Positions 9,783 to 19,852 are shown, counted from the first letter of the stretch. The stretch: 64,000 bases of DNA from an uncultured Chlamydiae bacterium (GCA_963754655.1 CAVWGN010000001.1:2784001-2848000); one strand, 5' to 3'. Notes: a model not told the origin generated them from the letters alone. Made by a program: numbers and translations.

Positions 9783-10204
9783 CATTCCTAGACCAGGAGA
9801 ATAAGTTTTTTGAATTAGTTAAGGGCTGCTAAGGGCCCTGTCGTTAGGCCTGAAGGGCCGTCATGTTACAGCTCAGGTCGAAGCGAAGCGGAGGCCTGGG
9901 TAAAATAAAAAAAGAATCGAGTCCTGAAAGGACGGCATAAATTAATCCCACAAATATTCGGTGTTCTTTTTGAGAAGCAAGATATTTTTTCTCCTTCTAG
10001 AGCTAATGTAGAGATAGAAAATCCTCCATTCCCTTGCGAAGCGAAATCACTCCTTTGAGTATGCCGTCCTTTCAGGACTCGATTTTTTTTTATTTTACCC
10101 AGGCCTCGGCTTCGCTTCGACCTGGGCTATAACATGACGGCCCTTCAGGCCTAACGACAGAGCTCTTATCTAATTCAAAAACTTATCTTCCTGGTCTAGG
10201 AATG
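9783..10204. mobile_element. Non-autonomous palindromic element: CTAG-bounded outer inverted ends, inverted three-hairpin arms and an internal tnpA remnant
   Basis: CCTAGACCAGGA...TCCTGGTCTAGG outer ends. Arms ~9838-9939 and ~10060-10162 are reverse complements. The spacer encodes TnpA C-terminal motifs on the minus strand. Confidence 0.85.
9942..10045 (-). pseudogene. Degenerate, internally deleted IS200-class tnpA fragment
   Basis: Minus strand in shifting frames reads FASQGNGGFSIS, KYLASQKEH, EYLWD*, versus FGWQDGYGVFSVS, DYIKRQKEYH, KYLP* in the intact TnpA at 18159-18605. Confidence 0.7.
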
Positions 10205-10415
10205 GGATTCTATGCATGAAAACAACGCAGTTTATGGCGGCCTATATGAGAAGACAACAAATAGCCAATTATATCTTACAAATGGAAACAAAATAAACAG
10301 TTCATACCCATCTTCTAAATAAATGATAATCATTCATTAAATCTTACGCTCTATCTTGGGGCGTGTTTGCAAAATGCTAGTATCCTAAGATTATAAAGAA
10401 TGGTTTAGCATCAAC

Positions 10416-11522
10416 TTAACTGGGTGCTCCGTGTAAGGGAGGGGCTTGTCTTTCAAATGGGGGCCTGAGTCTATGGGCTTTCTTCCTGGATTTAGTGTGA
10501 TGCTTCTGTTTAGGTGAAAGAAAAGCATTTCCAGCAAGGAGGGCTGTATCTAGAATTTCCCGAATAGCTTTCGAATATTTATATGGATTTTGTGGGTCTA
10601 TTACACCGGCATCGCGATCTAAATCCCATGTCATAATGCCAAATAATCCATTTGATACAGCATAGTGAGTAAGGGTTTGTGCATCATTAAGAGAAAGAAA
10701 ATGGCCAATGTCATCATTTCCTGGCATAAGACCGAGCTGGAGCATGCTGGCAGGGATTCCCCATCCTTCAGCATAATTGGGAGCTGGAAAAGTGCCAATC
10801 GGACCTGTATAAGTTACAATGTCCGCCTCGATTTGCTGAGAATATGAAGGAGCTCCAACCCAAATATCATACTCCATAAAGTTGATAGAATCGACCGTTT
10901 TTGCATCTGCTACTTTCTGAGCCAAAATCTTCCAATAAGTTCCCCATCCTTGACCTGGAATAGTAAGAGAGATAACTTTTCCTGGCAGAGCATTTCTCAC
11001 TTGAGTAAAAAAGCTAAACAATTGTTCGGCAAATTGTTCAGCGTTTATCCCTGTAGGAAGAGGATCCTCAATGTCAAAATCAATGCCATCAAAATTATAA
11101 CTAGTAACGACATTTGTGACTCCTGCTACAAGGCTAGGAATATTGTTCGGCCAACCATACGTCTGACTAATGAAGTAATTAGGGCCTGCATAAGAAGCTC
11201 CTCCATATGATATCTTGACTTTTCCATTTTGCGAATGCACAAAGGAAATTATTGTTTGTACATCAGTGGTAGGATTTGTAAACTGAATGCCATTTAATCC
11301 CGGAAATGTATAGGAAGCGAATGCAATATTTAAAATGACTCTATTATAGCTTGTTGGAGAGTTCGATGGTGTAGGAGGCAATCCAGTCATGACTTGATAC
11401 CACTGACTGTTCCAACTTTCTAGATAGGTCTCATAAATTGGCGTCCCCATGATTGGATCTTGTCTAGTAATCCCCAAAACAAGTGCTAAAGTAAAAAAAA
11501 TGCGTAGAATATTTTCTTTCAT
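10416..11522 (-). CDS. Secreted GH18 chitinase-like glycoside hydrolase
   Basis: Signal peptide; KVKISYGG, FDGIDFDIED (DxxDxDxE), MEYD, GIMTWDL. Confidence 0.88.
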   Translation of the reverse strand: MKENILRIFFTLALVLGITRQDPIMGTPIYETYLESWNSQWYQVMTGLPPTPSNSPTSYNRVILNIAFASYTFPGLNGIQFTNPTTDVQTIISFVHSQNGKVKISYGGASYAGPNYFISQTYGWPNNIPSLVAGVTNVVTSYNFDGIDFDIEDPLPTGINAEQFAEQLFSFFTQVRNALPGKVISLTIPGQGWGTYWKILAQKVADAKTVDSINFMEYDIWVGAPSYSQQIEADIVTYTGPIGTFPAPNYAEGWGIPASMLQLGLMPGNDDIGHFLSLNDAQTLTHYAVSNGLFGIMTWDLDRDAGVIDPQNPYKYSKAIREILDTALLAGNAFLSPKQKHHTKSRKKAHRLRPPFERQAPPLHGAPS

Positions 11523-11639
11523 ATCTGTACTCCTTGAAAAAACTCAAGCTAGCACTCATCTAATAAAAATAGAAATAAAATTTTTTAAAATTTAAGCCGC
11601 AACCGATTGGATAGAAGCGGGGCTGCTTGCACAACTTCA

Positions 11640-11873
11640 AAACAACTGAGCTTTAGGAGTCTGAAATTTTTTCTCACTTTAATTCACTCCTTGACTTCTA
11701 TTTCTTATCAAGATGCTCGCAGCCTAATTTTAGGAGCTATTGATTATGCTAAAAATTTAGATATGAAACCTTACGCTGAGTGGAATAAAGTCAAAGTGTC
11801 TATTGAAGGCGATCAACCTTATGAAAATAAGTTTTTTCCTAAGTCGCGGAAGCGACGACAGAGGTGTATATGA
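11640..11873 (+). pseudogene. Probable gene fragment of unknown family
   Basis: Protein-like stretch ISYQDARSLILGAIDYAKNL..KPY.EW without a credible start. Confidence 0.3.
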
Positions 11874-11932
11874 CTCATTCCTATCAGCTGCATGATTTCT
11901 ATCTTAGGTTGTTTCTTTCCCGGAAATTCGTT

Positions 11933-13702
11933 TTAATTTTCTTTTATACCTGATTTTCCATTGCGCAAGATATGTTTTAGAATTTCGCTACTTCGTAATC
12001 CGATCATCATCGCAGATGCTGTCGTATTGATATCAGGAATTTCCGGACAGATGGAGTTGTCCGCTACAAAACAGTTCGTTGTGCCATAAACACGTGTGTC
12101 ACCATCTACCACTCCTCCGGCTTTCAGAGGTGCCATTTTACAGTGCGATGCAAAGTGGCGTGCATCTGCTCCAAGATTGGTGTTATTTTTCACATACGCC
12201 TCAACCACTGCATCGTCATAGTTGAAAAAGCATGACGACGTTAATTGGGTCTTGTGGAATGGGTTTATAGAAAAAAATCCTGGGGTCGACGAGGGCTAGT
12301 TGTGCAAGCAAATTGCGAATATAGACTTTGATGGCATTCTTCATATTCTCCAGGTCTACAGGATCTTGGTAAACAGCCATCACTCGCTGCAGCTATCTGA
12401 AATGGGTTGTCACTTTGAATGGTGACACTTCCCTCACTTTTTGGATTCAAAAGCTCAAATCCAATGAATGAGTAGGGGAACTGGTGTTAGGTCGTTAGCT
12501 GGGACGAATTCGAACAAAATCTGTAGCATTCGTGGATCACTGGCACTCCCCCCACTACCGGTAAGTAGACATTATGGATAGTAAATGCATACGGTGCCCC
12601 ATCTGGTATGCCATTATCTGCTGGGATTTGCTAGCAAAGTAATGGACATCAGTGGATGGTTTTTGAGATGTTTCCCTACATTCTCATTGATGAACACAGG
12701 CTTGATCCCTGCATTCTTTAGTGTTTTTTTCGGTCCTATGCCCGAAAGTTGGAGTATCTTGCTACTGTTGATGCCACTTGCCAAAACAACAGCTTTCCGA
12801 GCGCGTGCTTCTAAGAGTTGACCATCCTTGATAAATTTTACTTTTTTGGCACGCCCATGTTTGTTAAATACTATTTTATCAACTACAGCATCAAAGATCA
12901 CACGTAGTGTATGCCCGTTAACTCCGTAACCTTCTGGCGTCATCACTTCACTATTTAAAAATGCTGTCGCGCTACTCACTCGCTTGGTACCAGTAGAATC
13001 AATCAGCCACTGCGCACGAGTATCTAGGCAATTCTCAACACTGGGATCATTATAGTCTACCACCGTTGGAATTCCAGGAAACGCTTCCTGCGTCACGGGC
13101 AATAAGATATCTCTTGTCATCTGCGACACTGTAGGTGTCTGTAGGACATGGACAGGACCTTTCTTTCCTCGCGCCCTTGGTGTGATTGTCAATCCTTGGT
13201 AGTTCTCAAGATCCTTGAAGGTTTTCAAAATTTTATCCAGACTCCAATTGTCGCTGCCCGAAATTTCTTCCCAACGCGAATAGACGGCATTCGAGCCACG
13301 ACCATAGTATAATCCATTAACCGATGAGCCACCTCCCAACATCATTCCTGTGATCCAATCACCCCCTACTCGTCCATTGAGCATTGGCTGCGGCTCAGTT
13401 TGTCTCCATCCCCACCAAAAATACTTGTAAGCTGCTGTCGCAGGTAATAGGAGTGCTGGGAGACCCACAGCCTCTATTTCTGGATCACTTGTTAAATTTG
13501 GACCTGCCTCTATGCCTAATACTGAAAAGAGACCATTCTCCGATAGCTGGTTCATCAATACGCAACCTGCCGCTCCACCACCCACTACTATGATATCTGC
13601 CTCGAGGCACTTTTCTTTGACTGGCATTCTGAAGGATTGATCCCCGAAAAGGCTAACAGTAGAAATTACTAAAGCAAAGGTCATATATTTGAGTTTCATC
13701 AT
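11933..13702 (-). CDS. GMC (glucose-methanol-choline) oxidoreductase, split by several frameshifts
   Basis: DIIVVGGGAAGC, LGGGSSVNG, LQLSGIGP, VGKHL..HP, NPKSEGSV, VVDGDTRVYG..N..VADNSI.P, NTTASAMMIG spread over three ORFs; signal peptide. Confidence 0.85.
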
Positions 13703-13909
13703 ATTTGGTCTCCCTACCTTATGAACAATAAAAAAAAACTGTTTTTTCAAATTTTGGCACTAAATGCAGCCTCAGCAAAATGTATAGAGGCCCTGAAAAG
13801 ACTTAGAGAAAGGTGAGATAAACAAAGGTTTTCAAGATAAAATATTAATAGCCACGTTATGCAATTGTAACTCATTTGAGCAGCACAGCATCCTGATCAT
13901 ACTTTACAA

Positions 13910-14806
13910 CTATCTCTTAAAGGACATAGAATTTCCCATTGCTCTTCTGAGAGCAGGAGCAAAACGAAGGATTAGCTCATCCCTTTCAGCGTTGATTTTG
14001 GGAACCACGTATTCGGCTGCATCATTTGTTCCGCAGTTCCCCCCCCATTTTTTTAGCCTGGAAAGCTTTTTGTTATAGAAATTGTGTCCATCTCCTGCCC
14101 AATAGTGATTGATGCGCAATTGATTGGTTTGAACATAATCGCTTTCCATTTCTTCCTTTAAAGGCATTCTATCGGTATTTACGGCAAAATAGTCTGGATA
14201 AAAAATGGGGAGATGAGGGTTTGTAAAATGAGAGGCTCGCTCCGGCCTCACAATGGTTTTGACGTAGACATTCGGAGGGAAATTTTTAGCCGAGCAGCAG
14301 GTGAGCGCTTCAATGAGCAGTTGACCGGGAGGAATTTTCCAAACATGGGAAGGTCCAAAAACGCGCCAATTCACCCCTAATCCACCAAACATCTCATACT
14401 TTTTTAGGATTGCCGGAACTGTCGGTTCATTCATCGGGAGAAAATATTCATCGATGTCTATAAATGCCAGCCACTTGCAAATGCCACGCGATTTCTTCAA
14501 ACATTCTGTATAACATTCGCATTGGAGCGGATTAAAAGCCATAAGACTATCAGCGGATTGAGTGACATGATTTAAATCCACCAAACCAGAACGGATATAT
14601 GGCTGAAGCACCTCTTGAAAATTGTCGCCGCTGCGATGATTATATAAATAGAAATGCTCCACACCCATCAGACGATTGTACTCGATCCATTCTTTTAAAT
14701 AAGGAGCTTCATCTTGGAAAATCGCACAAACGGCAAGTTGATAGCTGTATTCCGCTTGGCAAAAGGAAGCTAAAACAAGAAAAAGAGTAATAATGAATAA
14801 TTTCAT
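13910..14806 (-). CDS. Glycosyltransferase family 92 / GT2-like protein
   Basis: LAVCAIFQDEAPYLKEWIEY...GVEHFYLY, WLAFIDIDEY, INHYW. Confidence 0.85.
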   Translation of the reverse strand: MKLFIITLFLVLASFCQAEYSYQLAVCAIFQDEAPYLKEWIEYNRLMGVEHFYLYNHRSGDNFQEVLQPYIRSGLVDLNHVTQSADSLMAFNPLQCECYTECLKKSRGICKWLAFIDIDEYFLPMNEPTVPAILKKYEMFGGLGVNWRVFGPSHVWKIPPGQLLIEALTCCSAKNFPPNVYVKTIVRPERASHFTNPHLPIFYPDYFAVNTDRMPLKEEMESDYVQTNQLRINHYWAGDGHNFYNKKLSRLKKWGGNCGTNDAAEYVVPKINAERDELILRFAPALRRAMGNSMSFKR

Positions 14807-14989
14807 AAATTAAATTGTAATAGTGAGGGAAGCTTTCGCTTTCAGAAAACTATCTCAAAAATTTCTTGGAGTCAAGTATTTTTTTTGAATCCTTAATAAT
14901 CATCACTTATTTTTCTAGTGTCTTCAAATGAAGTAGTTGTAGTAAATCCTTTATTTGGCTTACAAAAAAGTTCTTTCGAAACTATTAAG

Positions 14990-15150
14990 TTACTAGGCCT
15001 GTAGTTAGCTATCACACTTTCCCACGCCGTGCGTATATTTGCAGGCCGTTTTCCATCCTTGCTAGGAAATACATGCTGACTAAAAACTAATCTATGAACA
15101 CATTCTCCTTTCAAGTACTCGACAACAACTTTAGTTAATAGCATCGCTTT
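14990..15150 (-). pseudogene. Tyrosine recombinase (integrase) fragment
   Basis: HVFPSKDGKRPANIRTAWE resembles the VFP...DIRTAW segment preceding the HxxR box of phage integrases; flanking sequence is not integrase-like. Confidence 0.5.
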
Positions 15151-15283
15151 TCTTGATTCTAAATTACTTATAATGTTATAAGTGTTCATAATTAATTATT
15201 CTGTTAATTGCTTAGCCGTAGGGAATTATAACCTGAATATCTTGGTTTATTTTTTTTATTTATAAAAACAATTAGGTAACTTA

Positions 15284-15637
15284 ATGTATCAAATTAGTTC
15301 AATTCACACTGTCCTACCTACATTCATAGCTGGCTTTATAGGATTTTGCTACGGAAAATTCAGTGAAGTAAGTCCTTTAAATGCAGCAGCAGCATTTGCA
15401 ATCTCTTATTTTGCACTCAATATTCTTTCAAATCGTTGGCAGAAGGTTGTTAATACGAGTTATTTAACAGACTACGATGCCTGGAGGTCACTAATTGCGG
15501 TGAATGCAATCTGGGGAATCGCTTCCATCATTGCTTTTAGGCAATTAAATTTAATTGCCGGAATAGGGACAGTCATCCTATCAGGCTGCCTAGCTTCAAG
15601 AGTGTATCACCTTTATGATAATCCTTATGCCAGGTAG
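15284..15637 (+). CDS. Small hypothetical 4-TM membrane protein
   Basis: Four hydrophobic segments; AT-rich upstream region. Confidence 0.6.
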   Translation: MYQISSIHTVLPTFIAGFIGFCYGKFSEVSPLNAAAAFAISYFALNILSNRWQKVVNTSYLTDYDAWRSLIAVNAIWGIASIIAFRQLNLIAGIGTVILSGCLASRVYHLYDNPYAR

Positions 15638-16025
15638 TTCGACTAAATATTGATTTGTTAAATAGCAGTAACCAAACTTGTTGCATAAGTTGGAAATAGA
15701 GCCATAGATAATTTTCTTGACGTCATTCAATTGCTATTCTGTAAAGAATAGAGGCTTCACGGCAAATGCGGATCGGCGTGGAATATGAGAATGTGAGGAT
15801 TATAAAGAGTGGGAAGGTGGAGGATGTAAAGTAGATGAGGGAGGCGAGTAAATTTTTATTTTTTAGTTAAAACAACTTTCGCTTACATCCATACCACGTC
15901 ATTGGAATTTATTTATTTTTATTCCTTGATATTAAATATTTTTAATTTTTATCAAAGAATAGAGCTTAATAAGCTTGTCGTACTCGAAGGGCTGCAAGTG
16001 TCAAATATTTTAATAAAAAACTTTA

Positions 16026-16128
16026 CAGAGAAAACTCTAGCACGCCATGAAATTCCCATATATGAATTTGTCATGGCAAATCATGCAATATCACGTCGTT
16101 TACTGGCCTATATTTGGCCCGCAAAATT
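16026..16128 (+). repeat. ~100-bp direct repeat, left of the hip module
   Basis: CAGAGAAA..CTAGCA.GCCATGA...TCATGGCAAATCATGCAA.ATCACGT...TACTGGCC.A.ATTTGGCCC.GCAAAATT matches 17865-17971. Confidence 0.8.
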
Positions 16129-16193
16129 CTTTTTATGACTTCCTTTATCCTCTTATCACGCTAAATCTGATTTTGTCGTAAATCAATCATTCG

Positions 16194-16288
16194 TAATTAC
16201 TGCTATAGCAGCAAAAAATTCCGCTCCTAGCTCATTTTTATAGTAAAATTTTCAAAAAAATGCATAATTACTGACATAGCAGTAATTA
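16194..16288 (+). promoter_or_regulatory. Two palindromic operators upstream of the hipB-like gene
   Basis: TAATTACTGCTATAGCAGCAAAAA (16194) and TAATTACTGACATAGCAGTAATTA (16265). Confidence 0.65.
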
Positions 16289-16298
16289 ATGGGTAAAG

Positions 16299-16538
16299 AT
16301 GAATGCAAACAAAATAGGCAAAATGGTTCATTTTCATCGCAAAAAGAGTGGCTTATCTCAAGAAGAGCTCGCCAGGCTTGCTGGATTAGGTAAAACAGTC
16401 ATTTTTGATATTGAAAAAGGAAAACTTACCGTTCGTCTAGCGACTCTATTAAAGGTTTTAGAAGTATTGAATATTAAAATGGAATTTCAAAGCTCATTGA
16501 TGGGCCTATTTGAGGAACAACTAGATGAAAAGAGCTAA
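16299..16538 (+). CDS. hipB: HipB-like XRE HTH regulator
   Basis: RKKSGLSQEELARLAGLGKT.I..IEKG HTH; first gene of an overlapping three-gene operon. Confidence 0.85.
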   Translation: MNANKIGKMVHFHRKKSGLSQEELARLAGLGKTVIFDIEKGKLTVRLATLLKVLEVLNIKMEFQSSLMGLFEEQLDEKS

Positions 16539-16836
16539 GGTATTTGTTAATGGCACTCTGGCAGGTGAGCTTCAGGAAATTGAGCGAGGCAAAAAATATC
16601 TTTTTATCTATCTAGACACTTATGAGGGACCCTCTGTTTCTTTAGAAATGCCTCTATCAAAATCTGTCTATGAATTTGATCGTTTTCCTCCATTTTTCGA
16701 GGGTTTACTTCCAGAAGGAATCATGTTAGAAGGGCTTTTGCGGCAAACCAAAATAGATCGGCATGATTTAATGTCTCAAATTATTACAGTTGGAGAAGAT
16801 CTTGTTGGAAATGTTACAATAGAGGCCGCAGAATGA
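16525..16836 (+). CDS. hipS: HipA N-terminal domain protein (HipS-like antitoxin)
   Basis: A.VFVNG.LAG.L, VSL.MP, PPFFEGLLPEG, D.VGNV. Confidence 0.8.
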   Translation: MKRAKVFVNGTLAGELQEIERGKKYLFIYLDTYEGPSVSLEMPLSKSVYEFDRFPPFFEGLLPEGIMLEGLLRQTKIDRHDLMSQIITVGEDLVGNVTIEAAE

Positions 16837-17759
16837 ATCGCTGCCCCATTACATACGAATTATGTGGAAAGCAGAAATACTCAACTAAAGGGATTAAGCT
16901 ACTTTCTAAAAATTTAAAAAATCTAAAAAATTTTCCTTATACTTTCAAAGAACAGATACAATTAGCAACTCAGCTTGCAGCCAAATTATCAATTCAAGGG
17001 ATACAACCGAAATTAAGTATCAATTTGAACGTTACAAAGGAAGAGTTTGAAATTGTAGAAAGAGATGGCAAATTCATCTTAAAGCCCCCGCATCACATCT
17101 ATGACGAACTTCCACAAAATGAAGATCTCACTATGAAATTAGCTAAAATTGTAGGGATAGAAGTTCCTCTTCATGGTATGATTTATAACATTGATGATTC
17201 TTTAAGCTATTTTATTAAACGGTTCGATCGATTACCGAGAAATCAAAAAGTCGCAGTTGAGGACTTCTCCCAAATTTTAGGTTTTTCTCGAGAAACAAAG
17301 TACGAATCCAGTATGGAAAAAGTGATTTCTGTCATACAGAAACACTGCACATTTCCTGTTATAGAAAAGTTAAAATTATTCCGTCTTGCAATCTTTAATT
17401 TTCTTGTAGGAAATGAGGATATGCATTTGAAAAATTTTTCATTAATTAGGCGGGAGAACAAAGTAGAACTAAGCCCTGCTTATGATCTTTTAAATACAAC
17501 AATTGTTACCAACGCTCAAGAAGAAATTGCTCTTCCCATAAAAGGGAAAAAAAGAAACCTTAATCGAGCTGATTTTATCGCATATTTTGGAATTGAAAGA
17601 TTAGGTTTTACTGAAGCTGTACTAAAAGAAGAAATTTTAAAATTTGAGAAATCACTAGATTTCTGGCATCTTCTTATAGATCAAAGCTTTTTATCGCAAA
17701 AACTGCAGGCACGTTATCACGAATTAATAAAAGGGCGTTGGCAACGAATAAAGAAATAG
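16833..17759 (+). CDS. hipT: HipA-family kinase toxin (HipT-like)
   Basis: LSIQGIQPK P-loop, ILKP, NE.LTM.LA, RFDR, EDF.Q, GNEDMHLKNFS, LSPAYDL. Confidence 0.88.
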   Translation: MNRCPITYELCGKQKYSTKGIKLLSKNLKNLKNFPYTFKEQIQLATQLAAKLSIQGIQPKLSINLNVTKEEFEIVERDGKFILKPPHHIYDELPQNEDLTMKLAKIVGIEVPLHGMIYNIDDSLSYFIKRFDRLPRNQKVAVEDFSQILGFSRETKYESSMEKVISVIQKHCTFPVIEKLKLFRLAIFNFLVGNEDMHLKNFSLIRRENKVELSPAYDLLNTTIVTNAQEEIALPIKGKKRNLNRADFIAYFGIERLGFTEAVLKEEILKFEKSLDFWHLLIDQSFLSQKLQARYHELIKGRWQRIKK

Positions 17760-17864
17760 TGGTTGAAAAGAGCTGATTGCCTTTAAAACAGTTGAATTCT
17801 AACGTGTTTTGTATCCTGTTTGGTATTTGTCGCTCGTGAGGCCATCTAACGCCTCCTAACTTTC

Positions 17865-17971
17865 CAGAGAGAAATCTAGCATGCCATGATGACATTTCAG
17901 CATACGAATTTATCATGGCAAATCATGCAAAATCACGTGATGTACTGGCCCACATTTGGCCCCGCAAAATT
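17865..17971 (+). repeat. ~100-bp direct repeat, right of the hip module
   Basis: Matches 16026-16128. Confidence 0.8.
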
Positions 17972-18059
17972 ACTCGAAATAATTTTTATTTAATGGATAG
18001 TAGTCATGGGTGCAGGCATAGCTCAATATCATCAACTTAAAGACATTGGTTGATGCGAA

Positions 18060-18154
18060 GCGGCGCTAGCCGCGCCGGATAATAGACGTGGGTGGAGGCG
18101 CAGCCGAAACCCACGGTAAGCTTAGGAGAACCTTAAGCCACGTAGTGGCGCAGC
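18060..18154 (+). repeat. Three-hairpin REP-like arm abutting the tnpA stop codon
   Basis: GCGGCGCTAGCCGC, CGTGGGTGGAGGCGCAGCCGAAACCCACG, GCCACGTAGTGGC; same family as the arms at 19.8-21.9 kb and 56.5-58.1 kb. Confidence 0.85.
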
Positions 18155-18158
18155 TTTT

Positions 18159-18605
18159 TCAAGGCAAATATTTCTCCTCATACTGAATATTGTAATGGTT
18201 AAGAAAAAGAACGAATTCTTCCCGAAATGTGAATTTTTTATGATACTCTTTCTGACGTTTAATATAATCGATCACCTTCTCAACAGTAGAAGGACTAACG
18301 GAAAAGACACCATAGCCATCTTGCCATCCAAACAAATCTTGCTTTGAAAGATCCTTCATAAATAAAGAAGATTTAGCTTTAACCGCACGCATGAGACTTG
18401 AAATAGCAATATTGGGATGTAAACTGATCAAAAGATGAACGTGATCTTCAATTCCACCAATGCAAATTAATTTTCCATTCTCTTTTTTAATAACACCTCC
18501 AATATAGGCATATAGCCGGTCTCGAATTTCAGGTTTAATGAATGGCAATCGATTTTTTGTGGACCAAATCACGTGGAAAGTCAAGCAAGCAAATGTGTTA
18601 GCCAT
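18159..18605 (-). CDS. tnpA: IS200/IS605-class HUH (Y1) transposase TnpA, REP-associated candidate
   Basis: H.IWSTKNR, DHVHLL (HUH), WQDGYGVFSVS, YIKRQ (catalytic Tyr); no tnpB adjacent. Confidence 0.92.
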   Translation of the reverse strand: MANTFACLTFHVIWSTKNRLPFIKPEIRDRLYAYIGGVIKKENGKLICIGGIEDHVHLLISLHPNIAISSLMRAVKAKSSLFMKDLSKQDLFGWQDGYGVFSVSPSTVEKVIDYIKRQKEYHKKFTFREEFVLFLNHYNIQYEEKYLP

Positions 18606-18902
18606 AAATCCACCAATATTAAAAATAAATATTTATAGATTAGACTATTTTTATCCTTCTTATCAAGAGCTAATATCAGAACAAATCACCTTCTAGATAG
18701 GCTTTGCGTTAAACAAAATCTAGAAAGTCATTAGGAAAGCCTCGATCAAACTGATCAACGCTTATGTGTGATAGAGTAGCCGAGCTGATAACAAGAGCAA
18801 TAAACTTTCATTGATTCATTAATCATTAAATATTTCCACCTGAAAAGAGATAACATTTTATTGATTTTTGTTCGCAAATTTGCTAACAAAAATAAAGAGA
18901 AT

Positions 18903-19273
18903 ATGACTAAAACGAAAGTTGTATTTTACAAAGAGAAAGATGAAACGACAGCTCCAGTACTTGAATGGTTGGATACTATTCCTTTAAAGGCCCGCTTAAA
19001 ATGTCTGACAAGAATTGAAAGATTAAAGGAAGAAGGACATCAATTGCGTAGACCAGAGGCAGATTTCCTCAGAGATAAGATTTATGAATTGAGGGCAAGT
19101 TTACAAGGCATTCCTATAGAATTCTCTATTTTTTTCACGGCAATACGGCTGCTGTTTTGTCTCATAGAATTGTAAAAGAGGATTGTGTTCCTCCGATAGA
19201 GATTGACAAAGCAATACATCGCCGAAAAAATTTTGAGATGAATCCAAAAGCTCACACATATGAGGAGAAATAA
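18903..19273 (+). CDS. RelE/HigB (Gp49-like) toxin, 1-bp frameshift near 19113
   Basis: PV.EWLD...IYELR, then in the alternative frame YRILYFFHGNTAAVLSHRIVKE...EIDKAIHRR; stop 2 bp before the antitoxin start. Confidence 0.8.
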
Positions 19274-19274
19274 A

Positions 19275-19619
19275 ATGGCTAAACACAAAAATAAGCCAAC
19301 AGATGATGCAGTTGAAATTTTGCATCGCCGTCTCGTTGATGATGATCCAGAAAAAGTTGCTGAACTAGAGAAAATTCGCGCTGACAATGATGTAGCAAGA
19401 AAGATTTACGACTTGCGTACAAAAGCAGGACTTTCTCAGAGGGAACTTGCTAAATTAGTTGGAACTACAGCATCGGTTATTTGTAGATTAGAAGACGGTG
19501 ATTATGAAGGGCATTCATTGGCTATGCTTAATCGTATTGCTGCTGCACTCGATAAGCGAGTCGAAATTCGTTTTTTGCCTATTAAAGGAAAATCGCATTC
19601 AAAACATGCTCATAGGTAA
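19275..19619 (+). CDS. XRE HTH antitoxin (HigA-like)
   Basis: LRTKAGLSQRELAKLVGTTASVICRLEDG; downstream of the toxin. Confidence 0.85.
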   Translation: MAKHKNKPTDDAVEILHRRLVDDDPEKVAELEKIRADNDVARKIYDLRTKAGLSQRELAKLVGTTASVICRLEDGDYEGHSLAMLNRIAAALDKRVEIRFLPIKGKSHSKHAHR

Positions 19620-19852
19620 TAAATATAACTTATAAGGCACTCTGAGGTAGCTTATAAGGAAAACATTCGGAGTTATTCTCTAAGAGGGGTCAGGCTTGGC
19701 ATTCTAAATCCTAGCCTATGGCTAGGTAATCGGAATTTTTTATCTTTGTTTTTGCAATGTTGCTTAATCCATATCATTCCCTCAGCGACAAGCGGCGTTA
19801 GCCGCGCATGGATAGTAGCCGTGGGTGTAGGCGCAAGCCGAAACCCACGGCT

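Noticed and set aside
17878..17891. AGCATGCCA match to the tRNA-Leu 3' end as an att core
   Set aside because: Only 9 bp, partly palindromic, and inverted relative to the tRNA
18159..18860. Complete IS605 element with tnpB or an omega-RNA system
   Set aside because: No tnpB/iscB ORF nearby and no inverted arm found at the tnpA 5' side
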